A stretch of DNA of 64,000 nt from Edaphocola sp. (GTDB lineage: Bacteria; Bacteroidota; Bacteroidia; Chitinophagales; Chitinophagaceae), in assembly GCA_035444785.1 (NCBI GenBank), contig DAOMPL010000005.1, forward strand, positions 34,289 through 98,288. The letters run 5' to 3'. A program made the position numbers and the translations under genes. Under the pieces are notes generated by a model, which did not search any database, was not told the origin of the DNA, and worked only from the letters and a program-made list of their open reading frames with translations. Positions 1 through 11,374 of this stretch are shown piece after piece (position 1 is the stretch's first letter; every line of letters starts with the position of its first letter).

Positions 1-714
1 GCACATTACAATAATTTCAGCACCTTCATCTGTGGCAACTTTTTTTAAAGCCTCAGAATATTTATTACCCGAAAGAATAGCTTCTTCTTCTACATTTGCT
101 ACATATAAAACAGGCTTGGCTGTCAATAAAAAAATATCGGCAATAGCCTCTAAGTCTTCCCCTTCTAAAGCTAAGCCTCTAATGTTTTTACCTTGCTCCA
201 GCCAATCTTTACAGCGAATTAAGGTTTCTAAAACAGGCTTAGATTTAGGATCGCTTTTTGCCATCTTTTCCATTCTGGAAATTTTCTTTTCCACACTAGC
301 CAAGTCTGCCAATTGCAATTCGGTATCAATAATTTCTTTATCGTTAACGGGATTAATGGCTCCTTCTTCTCTCAAGATATTTTCATCCTCAAAGCATCTG
401 ATAACGTGAATGATGGCATCTACTTCACGGATATTACCCAAAAACTTATTACCAAGACCTTCTCCTTTAGAAGCACCTTTTACTAGGCCTGCAATATCTA
501 CAAATTCTATAGCAGTAGGTACTATTCTTTGAGGTTGCACGATTTCGGACAAAGCATCCAATCTACTATCCGGCACATCTACCAAACCCACATTGGGTTC
601 TATGGTACAAAATCGATAATTAGAAGCCTGTGCCTTAGCACTATTGCTTACTGCATTAAAAAGAGTTGATTTTCCAACGTTTGGTAATCCTACAATACCT
701 GCCTGTAAAGCCAT
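1..714 (-). CDS. ychF: Ribosome-binding ATPase YchF, 3' end cut by the window edge
   Basis: Absent from the ORF track because no stop lies inside the window. Reverse translation from the ATG at 714-712 reads [23 protein letters not shown]..., the YchF P-loop N-terminus, and stays open to position 1. The listed + ORF 32..409 is its antisense shadow. Confidence 0.9.
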   Translation of the reverse strand, partial: MALQAGIVGLPNVGKSTLFNAVSNSAKAQASNYRFCTIEPNVGLVDVPDSRLDALSEIVQPQRIVPTAIEFVDIAGLVKGASKGEGLGNKFLGNIREVDAIIHVIRCFEDENILREEGAINPVNDKEIIDTELQLADLASVEKKISRMEKMAKSDPKSKPVLETLIRCKDWLEQGKNIRGLALEGEDLEAIADIFLLTAKPVLYVANVEEEAILSGNKYSEALKKVATDEGAEIIVMC

Positions 715-734
715 ACTTTCAAAAAAAATTTTTG

Positions 735-742
735 CAAAGGTA
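735..742 (-). promoter_or_regulatory. Bacteroidetes-type -7 box TACCTTTG upstream of ychF
   Basis: Plus strand CAAAGGTA is the reverse complement of TAnnTTTG. It lies 21 nt upstream of the ychF ATG. Confidence 0.4.
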
Positions 743-1014
743 AGATTATACTTTTATAAAAAGATATCTTAATTAAAGCGAAGTGCTAATAATTTTCCAA
801 AAATCGCAATTAAAAGCTAGAACATAATTTTGTGATGATAAAAACTTGGAACTATTGCTTATCGGACTAATTAAAACTACACCCCAACCATTATAAAAAA
901 AGTTGAAAAATCAATTATTTTAAACCATACTTATTCGCATTTGATAAGTTTTTTTTTAAAACCTATTCTAATTCCAATTTGAAATTTTTTATTCTTTATT
1001 AAAAAATTTTGAAA

Positions 1015-1674
1015 CTATTTTATATCATAATTAGACGATCCATAAATATTAATTTCTCCGGTATAAAATTTGGGTTTTCTGTTTCGAAGTACATCAAAAA
1101 ACGATTTTATTTTAGCCAACTGTTCTCTAATAAGATTTCTTTTGGTATTTTTATAGGTTCCTTTATCCGCACTAAAGCCAACAACATCCATTCCCATTTT
1201 GTCTGCAATATACACAGCCCTACGCAAATGGTAAGCTTGGGTAACTAGGACAGCCTGATCTACTTTAAAAATATTTTTTGCTCTGTAAATAGAAGAATAA
1301 GTATCGAAACCTGCATAATCCACAAAGATATCATTTGCAGAAACACCCGCATCCACCATGTATTTTTTCATTACCTTTAACTCATTATAATACTTAGTGC
1401 CATTGTCTCCAGAAAGCAAAATTCTTTGTACTTTTTTTGAATTATATAATCGAATCCCGGCATCTAGCCTATCTTTTAGATATTTACTAGGCAAACCATT
1501 TCTTTGGATTCCGGCACCAAAAACGATGGCAACATACTTATTAGGCACTTTCTCTACTTGTCTGTAAATTAAAGGTCGGGTAATTTGCTCCATATAACCT
1601 ACAATGCCCATTCCTATGGCCAAAAACAACAAAACACTCCAAATGCCAATTCTTAATATTTTTTTCAGTTTCAT
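1015..1674 (-). CDS. SanA/YdcF/ElyC family (DUF218) membrane-anchored protein
   Basis: ORF 1015..1725. An N-terminal TM helix is followed by VAIVFGAGI...ILLSGDNG...VDYAGFDTYSSIYRAK...LVTQAYHLRRA, typical of SanA/DUF218. Start placed at internal MKLKKILRIGIW (ATG 1674), just before the TM helix. Confidence 0.7.
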   Translation of the reverse strand: MKLKKILRIGIWSVLLFLAIGMGIVGYMEQITRPLIYRQVEKVPNKYVAIVFGAGIQRNGLPSKYLKDRLDAGIRLYNSKKVQRILLSGDNGTKYYNELKVMKKYMVDAGVSANDIFVDYAGFDTYSSIYRAKNIFKVDQAVLVTQAYHLRRAVYIADKMGMDVVGFSADKGTYKNTKRNLIREQLAKIKSFFDVLRNRKPKFYTGEINIYGSSNYDIK

Positions 1675-1822
1675 GCACCCTATTTTAAGGGCTAAAAATA
1701 ATAAAAAATTAAAAAAATTCATCAAAAATTAAAAATAAATAAAATAAAGTACTGATTTTCAAAAAGATACTTTTAATTGTCAAAGGATTATCAAAAAATA
1801 CAAAATATTGTTAATTATTACC

Positions 1823-1830
1823 TATTTTTG
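1823..1830 (+). promoter_or_regulatory. -7 box TATTTTTG upstream of hppA
   Basis: Matches TAnnTTTG and lies 33 nt upstream of the hppA ATG at 1863. Confidence 0.4.
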
Positions 1831-1862
1831 CAAGCAATTTTAAAATTTAATCTTTAACAAAA

Positions 1863-4073
1863 ATGAATTCACTGTTTTACGTAGTGCCCGCTTTAGCTAT
1901 TGTAGGGCTATTGTACACCATGATGCGCAGCTCATGGGTTTCTAAACAAAATGCCGGTAACGACCGCATGAAGGAAATTTCAAATTACATAGCAGAAGGT
2001 GCTATGGCATTTTTGAAAGCAGAATATAAAGTATTAACTTACTTTATCATTGTAGCTGCCTTATTATTAGCAGTAATGGGAGCCAGTAACGAAAACTCTC
2101 ACTGGACTATCGCCATTGCCTTCATCCTAGGTGGTGTATTTTCTGCATTAGCAGGAATGATAGGTATGCGTATTGCCACTAAAGCCAATGTGCGTACAGC
2201 AGAGGCTGCCAAAACCAGCCTTTCAAAAGCATTAAAAATATCCTTTACCGGCGGAGCCGTAATGGGTTTAGGCGTAGCCGGTTTAGCCGTTTTAGGTTTG
2301 GGTGGATTATTTATTATTCTTATTTCAGTATTTGCACCTGATGTAACAGCAGACAACGCTTTAGTAGGTAAAGCAATAGAAATATTAACCGGATTTAGTT
2401 TGGGTGCTGAAAGCATTGCCCTCTTTGCACGTGTTGGCGGTGGCATTTATACAAAAGCTGCAGACGTTGGTGCTGACTTAGTGGGTAAAGTAGAAGCAGG
2501 AATCCCGGAAGACGATCCTCGTAACCCTGCTACCATTGCGGATAACGTAGGTGACAATGTGGGTGACGTTGCAGGAATGGGTGCCGACCTTTTTGGCTCT
2601 TATGTGGCTACTGTTTTGGCAACTATGGTTTTAGGCCATGAGGTAAAAGGATTAGATGGTGCTGCTCTTTCAGATGGCTTTGACGGTTTTTCTCCTATTT
2701 TGCTCCCTATGTTAATTGCAGGGATAGGAATCATCCTGTCTATTGTAGGAACATGGTTTGTAAAAGTATCTGAAAATGTAAAAATCGATACCAAACCCGT
2801 TCAAAATGCCTTAAACATGGGTAACTGGGGTGCTATGGTATTGACGGCAATAGTTTCTTTTGGTTTAGTAAAATATTTATTACCGGAAACAATGGTGTTA
2901 AGAGGTCATGAGTTTACACAAATGGGAGTTTTTGGTGCTATTATGGTAGGTCTATTGGTAGGAGCTCTGATGACCATCATAACTGAACACTATACCGCAA
3001 TGGGTAAACGTCCGGTGATGAGCATCATCAAACAATCTTCAACTGGTCATGCCACCAATATTATCGGCGGTTTGGCTGTAGGCATGGAAAGTACCTTTTT
3101 ACCCATCTTAGTTTTAGCTGCCGGAATTTTTGGTTCTTATTTATTTGCCGGTCTTTATGGTGTGGCTATTGCAGCAGCAGGGATGATGGCAACTACAGCC
3201 ATGCAATTGGCAATCGATGCTTTTGGCCCTATTTCTGATAATGCCGGAGGAATTGCCGAGATGAGTGAATTGCCAAAAGATGTAAGAGAAAAAACAGATG
3301 TATTAGATGCTGTAGGTAACACCACAGCTGCGACCGGAAAAGGATTTGCAATAGCATCTGCTGCTTTAACCGCTTTGGCTTTATTTGCAGCTTTCGTTGG
3401 AGTTTCTGGAATTACTGGTATCGATATTTACAAAGCTGATGTTTTGGCCGGTTTATTTGTAGGTGGCATGATTCCATTCATCTTCTCTTCATTAGCCATC
3501 CGTGCAGTGGGTGAAGCTGCTATGGCAATGGTAGAAGAAGTTCGTCGCCAGTTCAGAGAAATTCCGGGAATCATGGAAGGTAAGGCCAAACCTGAATATG
3601 ACAAATGTGTTGCCATTTCTACTCAGGCTTCTTTACGTAAAATGGTTTTACCCGGAGCTATAGCTTTGGTATTCCCTACCCTTATTGGCTTCATTTTCGG
3701 ACCTGAAGTTTTAGGTGGATTTTTGGCCGGAGCTACTGTTAGTGGTGTTTTGATGGGTATCTTCCAAAACAATGCCGGAGGTGCTTGGGATAATGCTAAA
3801 AAATCTTTTGAGCAAGGTGTAGAAATAAATGGAACTATCCATTACAAAGGTTCAGACCCTCACAAAGCCTCTGTAACTGGTGATACTGTTGGTGATCCAT
3901 TTAAAGACACATCTGGCCCGTCCATGAATATCTTAATTAAATTGATGAGTATTGTTGCTTTGATTATTGCTCCTTCAATTGCTTCATTGCATGGGACAAA
4001 ATCAAATACTGCAAAAAACACTACCCCAACAGAGGTTATAAATAACCAAGTGGGAAACCCTACAAACAACTAA
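1863..4073 (+). CDS. hppA: Membrane-bound proton/sodium-translocating pyrophosphatase
   Basis: 736-aa polytopic protein with the hallmark motifs [29 protein letters not shown] and [15 protein letters not shown]. Confidence 0.95.
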   Translation: MNSLFYVVPALAIVGLLYTMMRSSWVSKQNAGNDRMKEISNYIAEGAMAFLKAEYKVLTYFIIVAALLLAVMGASNENSHWTIAIAFILGGVFSALAGMIGMRIATKANVRTAEAAKTSLSKALKISFTGGAVMGLGVAGLAVLGLGGLFIILISVFAPDVTADNALVGKAIEILTGFSLGAESIALFARVGGGIYTKAADVGADLVGKVEAGIPEDDPRNPATIADNVGDNVGDVAGMGADLFGSYVATVLATMVLGHEVKGLDGAALSDGFDGFSPILLPMLIAGIGIILSIVGTWFVKVSENVKIDTKPVQNALNMGNWGAMVLTAIVSFGLVKYLLPETMVLRGHEFTQMGVFGAIMVGLLVGALMTIITEHYTAMGKRPVMSIIKQSSTGHATNIIGGLAVGMESTFLPILVLAAGIFGSYLFAGLYGVAIAAAGMMATTAMQLAIDAFGPISDNAGGIAEMSELPKDVREKTDVLDAVGNTTAATGKGFAIASAALTALALFAAFVGVSGITGIDIYKADVLAGLFVGGMIPFIFSSLAIRAVGEAAMAMVEEVRRQFREIPGIMEGKAKPEYDKCVAISTQASLRKMVLPGAIALVFPTLIGFIFGPEVLGGFLAGATVSGVLMGIFQNNAGGAWDNAKKSFEQGVEINGTIHYKGSDPHKASVTGDTVGDPFKDTSGPSMNILIKLMSIVALIIAPSIASLHGTKSNTAKNTTPTEVINNQVGNPTNN

Positions 4074-4098
4074 TTTATAGTTTATAACTCAATAACAG

Positions 4099-4142
4099 AA
4101 ACCTCTAAATTTGGAAAATAAATCCAATTTAGAGGTTTTTTT
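4099..4142 (+). terminator. Rho-independent terminator of hppA
   Basis: AAACCTCTAAATTTGG / CCAATTTAGAGGTTT hairpin with one bulge, followed by a T-run. Confidence 0.7.
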
Positions 4143-4209
4143 ATTATGATATTTATCACTTTCAAGCTCCAAAGCCGGTAAAACAATTTTTAATTCAAAA
4201 TAATAACTT

Positions 4210-4217
4210 ATTTTTGT
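4210..4217 (+). promoter_or_regulatory. -7 box TATTTTTG upstream of hpt
   Basis: TAnnTTTG 19 nt upstream of the ATG at 4236. Confidence 0.4.
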
Positions 4218-4235
4218 TGCCAAATTATCTATTCC

Positions 4236-4772
4236 ATGGAATCCATAATCGTAAACGGAAAGAAATTCATACCCTTTATTTCTGCTGAAGAGATTCAACA
4301 GAAATGCTTTGAATTGGCGGCTCAAATCAATAAGGAATACAAAAATGAACACCCTTTATTTATTTCCATTTTGAATGGTTCTTTTATTTTTGCAGCAGAC
4401 CTTTTTCGATTAATAGATATTGAAGCTGAAATATCTTTCATTAAGCTGGCTTCTTACAAAGGTACCAGCTCCAGTGGCAATATTATTACAGCTATAGGCT
4501 TAGATGAAAGAATCAAAGATAGGAATATTATTATTTTAGAAGACATTTTAGATACCGGTAGAACCTTATTTCAATTTCTTCCTGAATTATACAATCAAAA
4601 TCCAAAATCTTTAAAAATTGTAACTTTACTAACAAAACCATCCGCTAGAATATTTGACATTAAAGCCGATTATTATGGTTTTGAGATACCGGATAAGTTT
4701 GTATTAGGTTACGGTTTAGACTATGATGGCTTAGGAAGAAACATTCCTGAAATTTATCAATTAGAAGAATAA
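4236..4772 (+). CDS. hpt: Hypoxanthine phosphoribosyltransferase
   Basis: 178 aa. PRPP-binding motif NIIILEDILDTGRTL and C-terminal FVLGYGLDYDGLGRN are typical of Hpt. Confidence 0.9.
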   Translation: MESIIVNGKKFIPFISAEEIQQKCFELAAQINKEYKNEHPLFISILNGSFIFAADLFRLIDIEAEISFIKLASYKGTSSSGNIITAIGLDERIKDRNIIILEDILDTGRTLFQFLPELYNQNPKSLKIVTLLTKPSARIFDIKADYYGFEIPDKFVLGYGLDYDGLGRNIPEIYQLEE

Positions 4773-4815
4773 ATAACATTTTACAATAAAATTAAAAATT
4801 AAAAATTAAAAAATC

Positions 4816-5193
4816 ATGAACGTACCTGCAAATTTAAAGTACACTAAAGAGCACGAATGGATTTCCTTAGAGGGAGATGTTGCCACTATCGGAGTTACAG
4901 ACTTTGCACAACAAGAATTAGGTGATATTGTTTTTGTTGAAATCGAAACCGTTGGTCAGTCTTTGGCTGCTGATGAAGTTTTCGGTACCGTGGAAGCCGT
5001 AAAAACTGTTTCAGATTTGTTTTTGCCTCTTGCAGGAACAATTATTGAAGCGAATGAAGAATTAGCAAATGCTCCTGAATCTATTAACAGTGACCCTTAT
5101 GGAACAGGCTGGATGATCAAAGTAAAAGTAAACAATCCGGCTGACTTTGATGGGCTATTAGATGCAACGGCTTATCAAAACCTAATAGGATAG
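4816..5193 (+). CDS. gcvH: Glycine cleavage system H protein
   Basis: 125 aa. YTKEHEW, the lipoyl-lysine motif VEAVKTVSD and DPYGTGWM are present. Confidence 0.95.
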   Translation: MNVPANLKYTKEHEWISLEGDVATIGVTDFAQQELGDIVFVEIETVGQSLAADEVFGTVEAVKTVSDLFLPLAGTIIEANEELANAPESINSDPYGTGWMIKVKVNNPADFDGLLDATAYQNLIG

Positions 5194-5201
5194 TCTTAAA
5201 A

Positions 5202-5621
5202 ATGTTAAGCATTTTTCAATGGTTTAAAAATCATAAAAAAATAGCAGCCCTTTGTGCAAGCTTCTGGGCTGCTATTATTTTTGCAGCCTGCCTAATCCCG
5301 GGCCGTGATGTCCCTAGTCTCAGTATATTTCAATATGACAAACTTGTACATTTTGGTATTTTTGGAATTCTGGCTTTTCAAATCCTATATCTTTTTAAAA
5401 ATCCAAGACCTTTTCCTCATGGGATATCCATTTGGATTTTGGTTACCATCTATGGCTATCTAATAGAATTTTTACAAGGTAGTGGTCTTACCCAAGGGCG
5501 TTCCTATGACGGATTAGATGCGTTAGCTGACAGCATTGGAGCCGGAATCGGAATTGGATGCTTCCTAATAATGGAATATTTTTCCTCAAGAAGAAAACAA
5601 CAAACACGAAAGAATTTTTAA
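5202..5621 (+). CDS. VanZ family membrane protein
   Basis: 139 aa with 4 TM segments. DKLVHFGIFG and a C-terminal D..AD..GAGIG pattern are typical of VanZ-like proteins. Confidence 0.65.
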   Translation: MLSIFQWFKNHKKIAALCASFWAAIIFAACLIPGRDVPSLSIFQYDKLVHFGIFGILAFQILYLFKNPRPFPHGISIWILVTIYGYLIEFLQGSGLTQGRSYDGLDALADSIGAGIGIGCFLIMEYFSSRRKQQTRKNF

Positions 5622-5743
5622 TTTTAATCCATTTATGTTCTTGCTTTCTGATTGATTTTGTTTTGTCTTGATACAAAAGAGAAAAAAATCAACTTAACTC
5701 TGTGTTCTTTAGATTATTATAAAAATTGATAGTAATTAAATTA

Positions 5744-7627
5744 TTATTCATTATAATCCACCTCTAACACCGCTTTATTCTTATTGTCTTTTTCGGTAGC
5801 GTGTAGTTCTGTTCCAGAGGTAAAAGTTTTATCAAAAAACAGAATTTGTTCATCATTATAACCTAATTCATATAAACTTTGAATAAACACCGCTTTTAAT
5901 TGCTCCAAATTTTCCTTATTCAACTGTAAATTATAAGTAGTAATGTATATTTTTGAAACAGACCCTTTAAAATTACCCAATTTTTCTTTAATAAATTTTC
6001 TAACCTCTGATTCGGTTTTCTCTGAAAATTCGGAAACATCAAATGTTCCTAATACCTTTGAAAAGCCTACCTTTTCAAATTGTTCTTTTTCCAAAGTATA
6101 GATTAATGTATCCAGATTGCCTTCTTTTGAAGTTCGAAAAACCTGCCTAATTTTTTTATAGAAAGGCTGCTCGATAGTTATTTCATATTGTTCTTCTTTA
6201 GGTAAACAAATATAAAACGTACCGTCGCCTCTATTACTTTGCAACTGATAAGCAGCTCCTGTATTGTTCAAATCGGCAATAATTATTGGAAAATTTTTCA
6301 ATCTTGAGCTATCTTTACTATCCTGAAGCATTCCAAACACCAAACTCATGGCTTTAGGGGAGAATTTTTCGGGCAAATCCACTTTATAAATATCCATTCC
6401 TCCATAACCTCCTAAACGGTCAGAAGCCATATACATATTAGCACCATCCATAGTTATGGTTCCGGGTAAGTCGTCATAAGAAGAATTTATAGGAATACCC
6501 AAATTTTGGCTTATTGCATAAGTTGAATCTGATTTTAATTGACTAAAAAAAATATCAAAGCCACCAAAACCGGGATGTCCGTCTGAGGCAAAAAAGAAGG
6601 AACCTCCATCGGCAGCAATCACAGGACAAATCTCATCTTTTTCGGTATTGATATTAGGTCCTAAATTTACCGGTTCCTGCCAATAATTATCAACAAAATA
6701 ACTCACCCAAATATCCATACCACCATAACCTCCCGGCCGATTGCTGGCAAAATACAAAGCTGTTTCAGATGCATTCAAGCAAGGCATTCCTTCAAATGCT
6801 ACGGTGTTGATAGTATAACCGAAGGGCTGTGGTTCTGACCAGCTGCCCTTTTTTGCAAAGGTAAGATACAAATCACAGCCACCACGCTCCCGGCCGTTCA
6901 CACTCCTATTCCCACATTTTTGATAAATCATATATTTATCACTATAAGCCCGATTTTGATAACTTTCAGGAAGATTTGAATTAATAGGGAAACCCATATC
7001 CTCTGCCATAGACCACAGATTACAAGTGTCTAAAATACTCATGAAGAAATTCTCATCGATACCTTTTACTTTTCTGGTGAATACCAAATTATTATTTAAG
7101 GTAGAAAAAGAAGGAGCAAAATCATCAAATTCACTATTGACAAAAGCATCCAAATGCTGGATAGTAACAGGATAGGTATTATAACCTACCAATTTTGAAA
7201 AATTAATTGATTGTTTTAAAAGTCTAATTTCTTCTTTTAGTTCTGGAGTAATATTCTCTTGAATTGGAAATTGACTCAAGGCTAAATCGGCACGTTCAGG
7301 AGCTCCGGACCTCCACCATGATTTTGCCAAAGGAAGGGCATACAAGGTTGTCCCATTTTTTATCAGCTTACTGGCTTTTTCAAAATAATAAACAGCATCT
7401 TGAAACCTGGCTAAATCATAATAAAACTTCCCTACCTTACTATAAAGTTCCGCATCTGTAGGGTGTCCCAAAACCAGGTTATGAATCTGTTTATCGGCCT
7501 TCTTTATTTTCCCTTGATTATATAATTTAAAGGCATTATTCAGCTTATGTTCTAATGAAAATATCCCCTGAGCATTTACTTGCCCAAGGGAAAACATTAA
7601 TATCAATATTGAAATTATCCTTAACAA
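5744..7627 (-). CDS. Secreted TPR + PD40 (TolB-like beta-propeller repeat) protein
   Basis: Signal peptide ...LGQVNAQ. TPR-like N-terminus. Repeated FASNRPGGYGGMDIWVS / SDRLGGYGGMDIYKV PD40 motifs. No OmpA-like C-terminal domain recognised. Start is a TTG abutting the upstream stop. Confidence 0.6.
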   Translation of the reverse strand: MLRIISILILMFSLGQVNAQGIFSLEHKLNNAFKLYNQGKIKKADKQIHNLVLGHPTDAELYSKVGKFYYDLARFQDAVYYFEKASKLIKNGTTLYALPLAKSWWRSGAPERADLALSQFPIQENITPELKEEIRLLKQSINFSKLVGYNTYPVTIQHLDAFVNSEFDDFAPSFSTLNNNLVFTRKVKGIDENFFMSILDTCNLWSMAEDMGFPINSNLPESYQNRAYSDKYMIYQKCGNRSVNGRERGGCDLYLTFAKKGSWSEPQPFGYTINTVAFEGMPCLNASETALYFASNRPGGYGGMDIWVSYFVDNYWQEPVNLGPNINTEKDEICPVIAADGGSFFFASDGHPGFGGFDIFFSQLKSDSTYAISQNLGIPINSSYDDLPGTITMDGANMYMASDRLGGYGGMDIYKVDLPEKFSPKAMSLVFGMLQDSKDSSRLKNFPIIIADLNNTGAAYQLQSNRGDGTFYICLPKEEQYEITIEQPFYKKIRQVFRTSKEGNLDTLIYTLEKEQFEKVGFSKVLGTFDVSEFSEKTESEVRKFIKEKLGNFKGSVSKIYITTYNLQLNKENLEQLKAVFIQSLYELGYNDEQILFFDKTFTSGTELHATEKDNKNKAVLEVDYNE

Positions 7628-8797
7628 TTATCCCAATTTTCTTCTTTTAAGTTCTTTTTTTATTAAAGACAATTCTCTACCTGTTTGTCCTTTTACAGAT
7701 GTGTTTTCAGTTGCTCTCCGCATTAAATAAGGAATTACATCTTTTACGGGTCCGTATGGTAAATATTTTCCGGCTCTATAACCTTCATTTGCCAAGTTAA
7801 AAGTAATATTATCACTCATCCCGAACAATTGTGCAAAATGAACTTTGTTTGAATTGTTTTCTAAGTTCAAATCCTTCATTAAATTGGCTGCAATCAAACA
7901 ACTGTCTTCATTGTGTGTACCGATAAAGGTAGTGACAAAATCTGAATTTGTCAAGCAATATTTTACCCCGGCATTAAAATCGTCATCACAAGCTTTTTTA
8001 TTAGGTTGGATAGGATCCTGATAGCCCATTTCAGTAGCTCTGGCACGCTCATGTTCCATATAAGCACCACGCACCAGCTTTGCTCCTAACATATAACCTT
8101 CTGTTTTTGCCTTCTCTCCGGAAATCTTTAAAAAAGCAAGTTTGGAATGACAATACATTTGAAAAGTATTAAACACCGCAACCTTTCCTTTATTATACTT
8201 AGCCATCATTTCATCTGCCAAGTCATCTATTGGCTTTTGAATCCAGGTATGTTCTGCATCAATTAAAACCATTAAATTATTATCACTGGCAACACTGCAA
8301 ATAGCATCAATTCTATCTTTTACTCTTTCATATTCTTTTTGTTCAGTGGCCGTTAAAGCTTTCCCTACCTCTATTTTTTCTAACAACTCAAAACGGGCAA
8401 AACCGGTAACTTTAAGAGGAATAAAAGGAACATTGTTTTTTGTAGCGGCATATTTAATAGCCTTAATAAATTCCGGAACAGCCGCATCATAATCCGCTTC
8501 TTCTGTTTTACCTTCAACGCCATAATCTAAAGCCACTTCCACATTATAACGTTCCAACATATCAACAGTTTTGGCTATTTCTTTAAGGTTTTCACCACCA
8601 CAGAATTGTTTAAAAATAGTTTTCTTTATAAGCCCTTGAACCGGTAATTTCCATTCTAGAAACTTCAAGGTAGCCCCAATTCCTATTTTGGTAATAATGG
8701 AAGAAGACATGGAAGAGAACAAAAAATTTGCCTGCTTTAATGATGCATTATTCTTATAACGAAAAGCAACTTCTGTATTGTCGAATGATAGTGACAT
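7628..8797 (-). CDS. Proline dehydrogenase (monofunctional PRODH family)
   Basis: 389 aa. FKQFCGGE, VALDYGVEG, LVRGAYME and the C-terminal PYLMRRATENTSV match the PRODH TIM-barrel family. Confidence 0.85.
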   Translation of the reverse strand: MSLSFDNTEVAFRYKNNASLKQANFLFSSMSSSIITKIGIGATLKFLEWKLPVQGLIKKTIFKQFCGGENLKEIAKTVDMLERYNVEVALDYGVEGKTEEADYDAAVPEFIKAIKYAATKNNVPFIPLKVTGFARFELLEKIEVGKALTATEQKEYERVKDRIDAICSVASDNNLMVLIDAEHTWIQKPIDDLADEMMAKYNKGKVAVFNTFQMYCHSKLAFLKISGEKAKTEGYMLGAKLVRGAYMEHERARATEMGYQDPIQPNKKACDDDFNAGVKYCLTNSDFVTTFIGTHNEDSCLIAANLMKDLNLENNSNKVHFAQLFGMSDNITFNLANEGYRAGKYLPYGPVKDVIPYLMRRATENTSVKGQTGRELSLIKKELKRRKLG

Positions 8798-8920
8798 GAA
8801 AATAATTTATGGTTGCAAAATTAGGGAAAGAAACGATTAGAAACACATAGGGGTTATAATATTTTTTTATTATCAAACCATCTTCATGTCATTTTTTAAA
8901 AAAAACAAAATTTCAAAAAA

Positions 8921-8955
8921 CAAAAAAGGTTATAGCAACTAAGCAATAACCTTTT
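8921..8955 (-). terminator. Rho-independent terminator of the 8977..9996 gene
   Basis: 10-bp stem AAAAGGTTAT / ATAACCTTTT, followed on the minus strand by a T-rich run. Confidence 0.55.
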
Positions 8956-8976
8956 TATTAAAAAAAAATAATAATT

Positions 8977-9996
8977 TTATTTTACAAACTTTCCGGTTTG
9001 TCTTTGGGAGCCGTTAGCATTATAAATTTCATAGAAATAAATGCCATTAGCATACTGATTTAAATCGATTGTAATAGTACTCATAGGTAATTCTGCGTAA
9101 TGCATAATTTTACCAATATTATCAAGAATTAGAAGCGTATTTCCTTTTTGAGCATTTTTGTTTTCAAAATTAATCACTGTAGTAGCCGGATTAGGATATG
9201 CTTTAAAACCTAAATCTGTATTGGGAATTGGTTTTACCGATGTAGCTTGACTGGTGAATACTTCTACTTTATCTACAAATAAAGTATTATCCAAGGTAAA
9301 TCCACTCAAACCTGGAACACCTGCAGAGGAGAAGCCTACTATCATAGTATCGGTGTGGTCATCTCCTAAATAAATTACCGGAATTGAAATCTTAACATAA
9401 CCATTAGTGTTAGCAGGAATCATAACACCACCTTGTCCAATAGCGGTTACAGAGTCATTGTTTACTTTCTTTAAAGCGGTTACAAAAGCAGCAGCACTAT
9501 CGGTATTGGTGCTTGGAGTTTTTACGTAAGCAGTAACGCTATCAATTCTTTTTTGATAAATAGGAGTACCATTTGAAAATTTAAACAAATTCATTAATGA
9601 ACTAGGATTATTCATATTTCCACCAAGCAATCCTGCCATATTCAAATCTTGCTTTGCATTAGTCATCATACAAGGAAGATTACCTAAAGTGTCGCCATAA
9701 TTTTTGGTCATTAATTTTGCAGCATAAGTTCCTTCATGCACATCTGTACTTTTATAGACTTGCTTTGCATTATCAAAATCCAATCCGGCAATAGCCATTA
9801 ATGGTCCTACATTTTTATTTAATACCACATCAGAACCATACCAGCTTGTAGGTCTATCTAAGGTAACCGGAGGTAATGCAGGGACTATTTCAGTAGTCCA
9901 AGTTTCAAAAGTTCCATTAGTAATCACTGGAGTTTGAGCCTGAGCTACAACACTAATTCCTAAAAAAAGAGAAACTGCAATTAAAGATTTTTTCAT
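8977..9996 (-). CDS. T9SS-sorted secreted protein (C-terminal Por sorting domain)
   Basis: Start moved to MKKSLIAVSLFLGISVVAQAQ (ATG 9996, signal peptide). C-terminus YPNPATTVINFEN...GIYFYEIYNANG...GKFVK is a T9SS type A CTD. The N-terminal part (NGTFETW...) may be PCMD-like but is unverified. Confidence 0.7.
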   Translation of the reverse strand: MKKSLIAVSLFLGISVVAQAQTPVITNGTFETWTTEIVPALPPVTLDRPTSWYGSDVVLNKNVGPLMAIAGLDFDNAKQVYKSTDVHEGTYAAKLMTKNYGDTLGNLPCMMTNAKQDLNMAGLLGGNMNNPSSLMNLFKFSNGTPIYQKRIDSVTAYVKTPSTNTDSAAAFVTALKKVNNDSVTAIGQGGVMIPANTNGYVKISIPVIYLGDDHTDTMIVGFSSAGVPGLSGFTLDNTLFVDKVEVFTSQATSVKPIPNTDLGFKAYPNPATTVINFENKNAQKGNTLLILDNIGKIMHYAELPMSTITIDLNQYANGIYFYEIYNANGSQRQTGKFVK

Positions 9997-10105
9997 TTTG
10001 ATATTTTTTAATTTACAAATATAGTTAAATTTAAAAATAAAAAAATTAATATTATTCATTCCTTTATAACCAATATTTATAAAAAAATAAAAAAACACAT
10101 AATAT

Positions 10106-11374
10106 TTAATTCAAAATTTCTTCTTTAGTAGAACTTCTTTTAATAATTAATCTAATTGTGGGATCGTTGGTAACGAAAGTCCACATCCAACTAAAGAACA
10201 ATTTCACTCGATTTCTAAATCCTGCAATAGGCAAAATATGAATAAACAACCATATCATCCAGGCAAAAAAGCCTTTCATAAAACCATTAGGCAAATCTAC
10301 TACGGCTTTAAACTTAGAAATAATAGCCATACTTCCTTTATCATTATATTTAAAGGGTTTTAGAGCTTGATTGGAAATCATTCTTTCCATGTTTTTTGCC
10401 AACAATTTTCCCTGCTGAATAGCAGGTTGTGCTACCTGGGGATGCCCTTCTGAAAACTTTTTATCTGACTGCATCAAACAAATATCTCCTAAAGCATAAA
10501 TATTTTTAGTATGCAATACTTCATTATATTCATTCACTAAAATTCTACGTCCTCTGCCAAGGCTTTCCTTTGGCAAACCTTCAGCTTTTTTGGCAACAAC
10601 CCCCGAAACCCAAATAAGTGCTGAAGTTTCTATTGTTGTGCCATCTGCCAAATAAACCACATCATCAACAAAATCTTTAACAGCAACATTTAGCTTAACT
10701 TTTACACCAAGCTTTTTCATTTGGGTAAGTGCTGCGTCTTGTGATTTTTTACTCATAGGACCTAAAAGTGAAGGTCCGGCGTCAACCAAAACAATTCTTT
10801 TCTTTACGTTTTTAAGTTCCGGATAATCTTTATCCATAATATATTTGCCCATCTCTGCTATCATCCCTGAAATTTCAACACCAGTGGGGCCTCCGCCGGA
10901 AACCACAAAGGTCAAAAGCCTTTCTTTTTCTTTAAGATCATTTGTTTCACAGGCTTTTTCCAACTGAAGCAAAATGGTGTTTCTTACATGCAAAGCATCA
11001 TTGATATTTTTTAGGCAAAGTGCATTTCTTTGCACGTTTTCCATACCAAAATAATTGGTCTCTGTACCCATAGCCAACACCAATTTATCATACTTTAAAT
11101 TACCTTTATCGGTAGTAATAAATTGATTTTCGGTATCTACAGACAAAAACCTACCATTAAAAAAACGTATATTTTCTACATGCTGAAACATCCTTCTAAA
11201 AGGCAAACTAATGTTAGAAGGCTCTATAAATGCAGAAGCCACCTGATAAACCAAAGGTGGGAAAAAATGATAATTATTCTCATCCACCAAAATGATTTGA
11301 AAATTTTTATTTTTTGATAATGATTTTGCTAAGTTGATTCCTGCAAACCCTCCACCAACAATAACTATTTTCAT
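10106..11374 (-). CDS. ndh: Type II NADH dehydrogenase (NAD(P)/FAD-dependent oxidoreductase)
   Basis: 422 aa. N-terminal MKIVIVGGGFAGI Rossmann motif, a second VVSGGGPTGVE motif, and a C-terminal membrane-associating helix. Confidence 0.85.
   Translation of the reverse strand: MKIVIVGGGFAGINLAKSLSKNKNFQIILVDENNYHFFPPLVYQVASAFIEPSNISLPFRRMFQHVENIRFFNGRFLSVDTENQFITTDKGNLKYDKLVLAMGTETNYFGMENVQRNALCLKNINDALHVRNTILLQLEKACETNDLKEKERLLTFVVSGGGPTGVEISGMIAEMGKYIMDKDYPELKNVKKRIVLVDAGPSLLGPMSKKSQDAALTQMKKLGVKVKLNVAVKDFVDDVVYLADGTTIETSALIWVSGVVAKKAEGLPKESLGRGRRILVNEYNEVLHTKNIYALGDICLMQSDKKFSEGHPQVAQPAIQQGKLLAKNMERMISNQALKPFKYNDKGSMAIISKFKAVVDLPNGFMKGFFAWMIWLFIHILPIAGFRNRVKLFFSWMWTFVTNDPTIRLIIKRSSTKEEILN

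Noticed and set aside
32-409. 125-aa + strand ORF at the left edge of the window.
   Set aside because: It is the antisense shadow of ychF, whose minus-strand translation is unmistakable. The same reasoning applies to the many 60-130-aa antisense ORFs inside hppA, the PorZ-like gene, glnN, tsf, the MarC gene and others (for example 2099..2446, 17017..17490, 21595..21852, 38383..39056, 43054..43360, 61847..62272).
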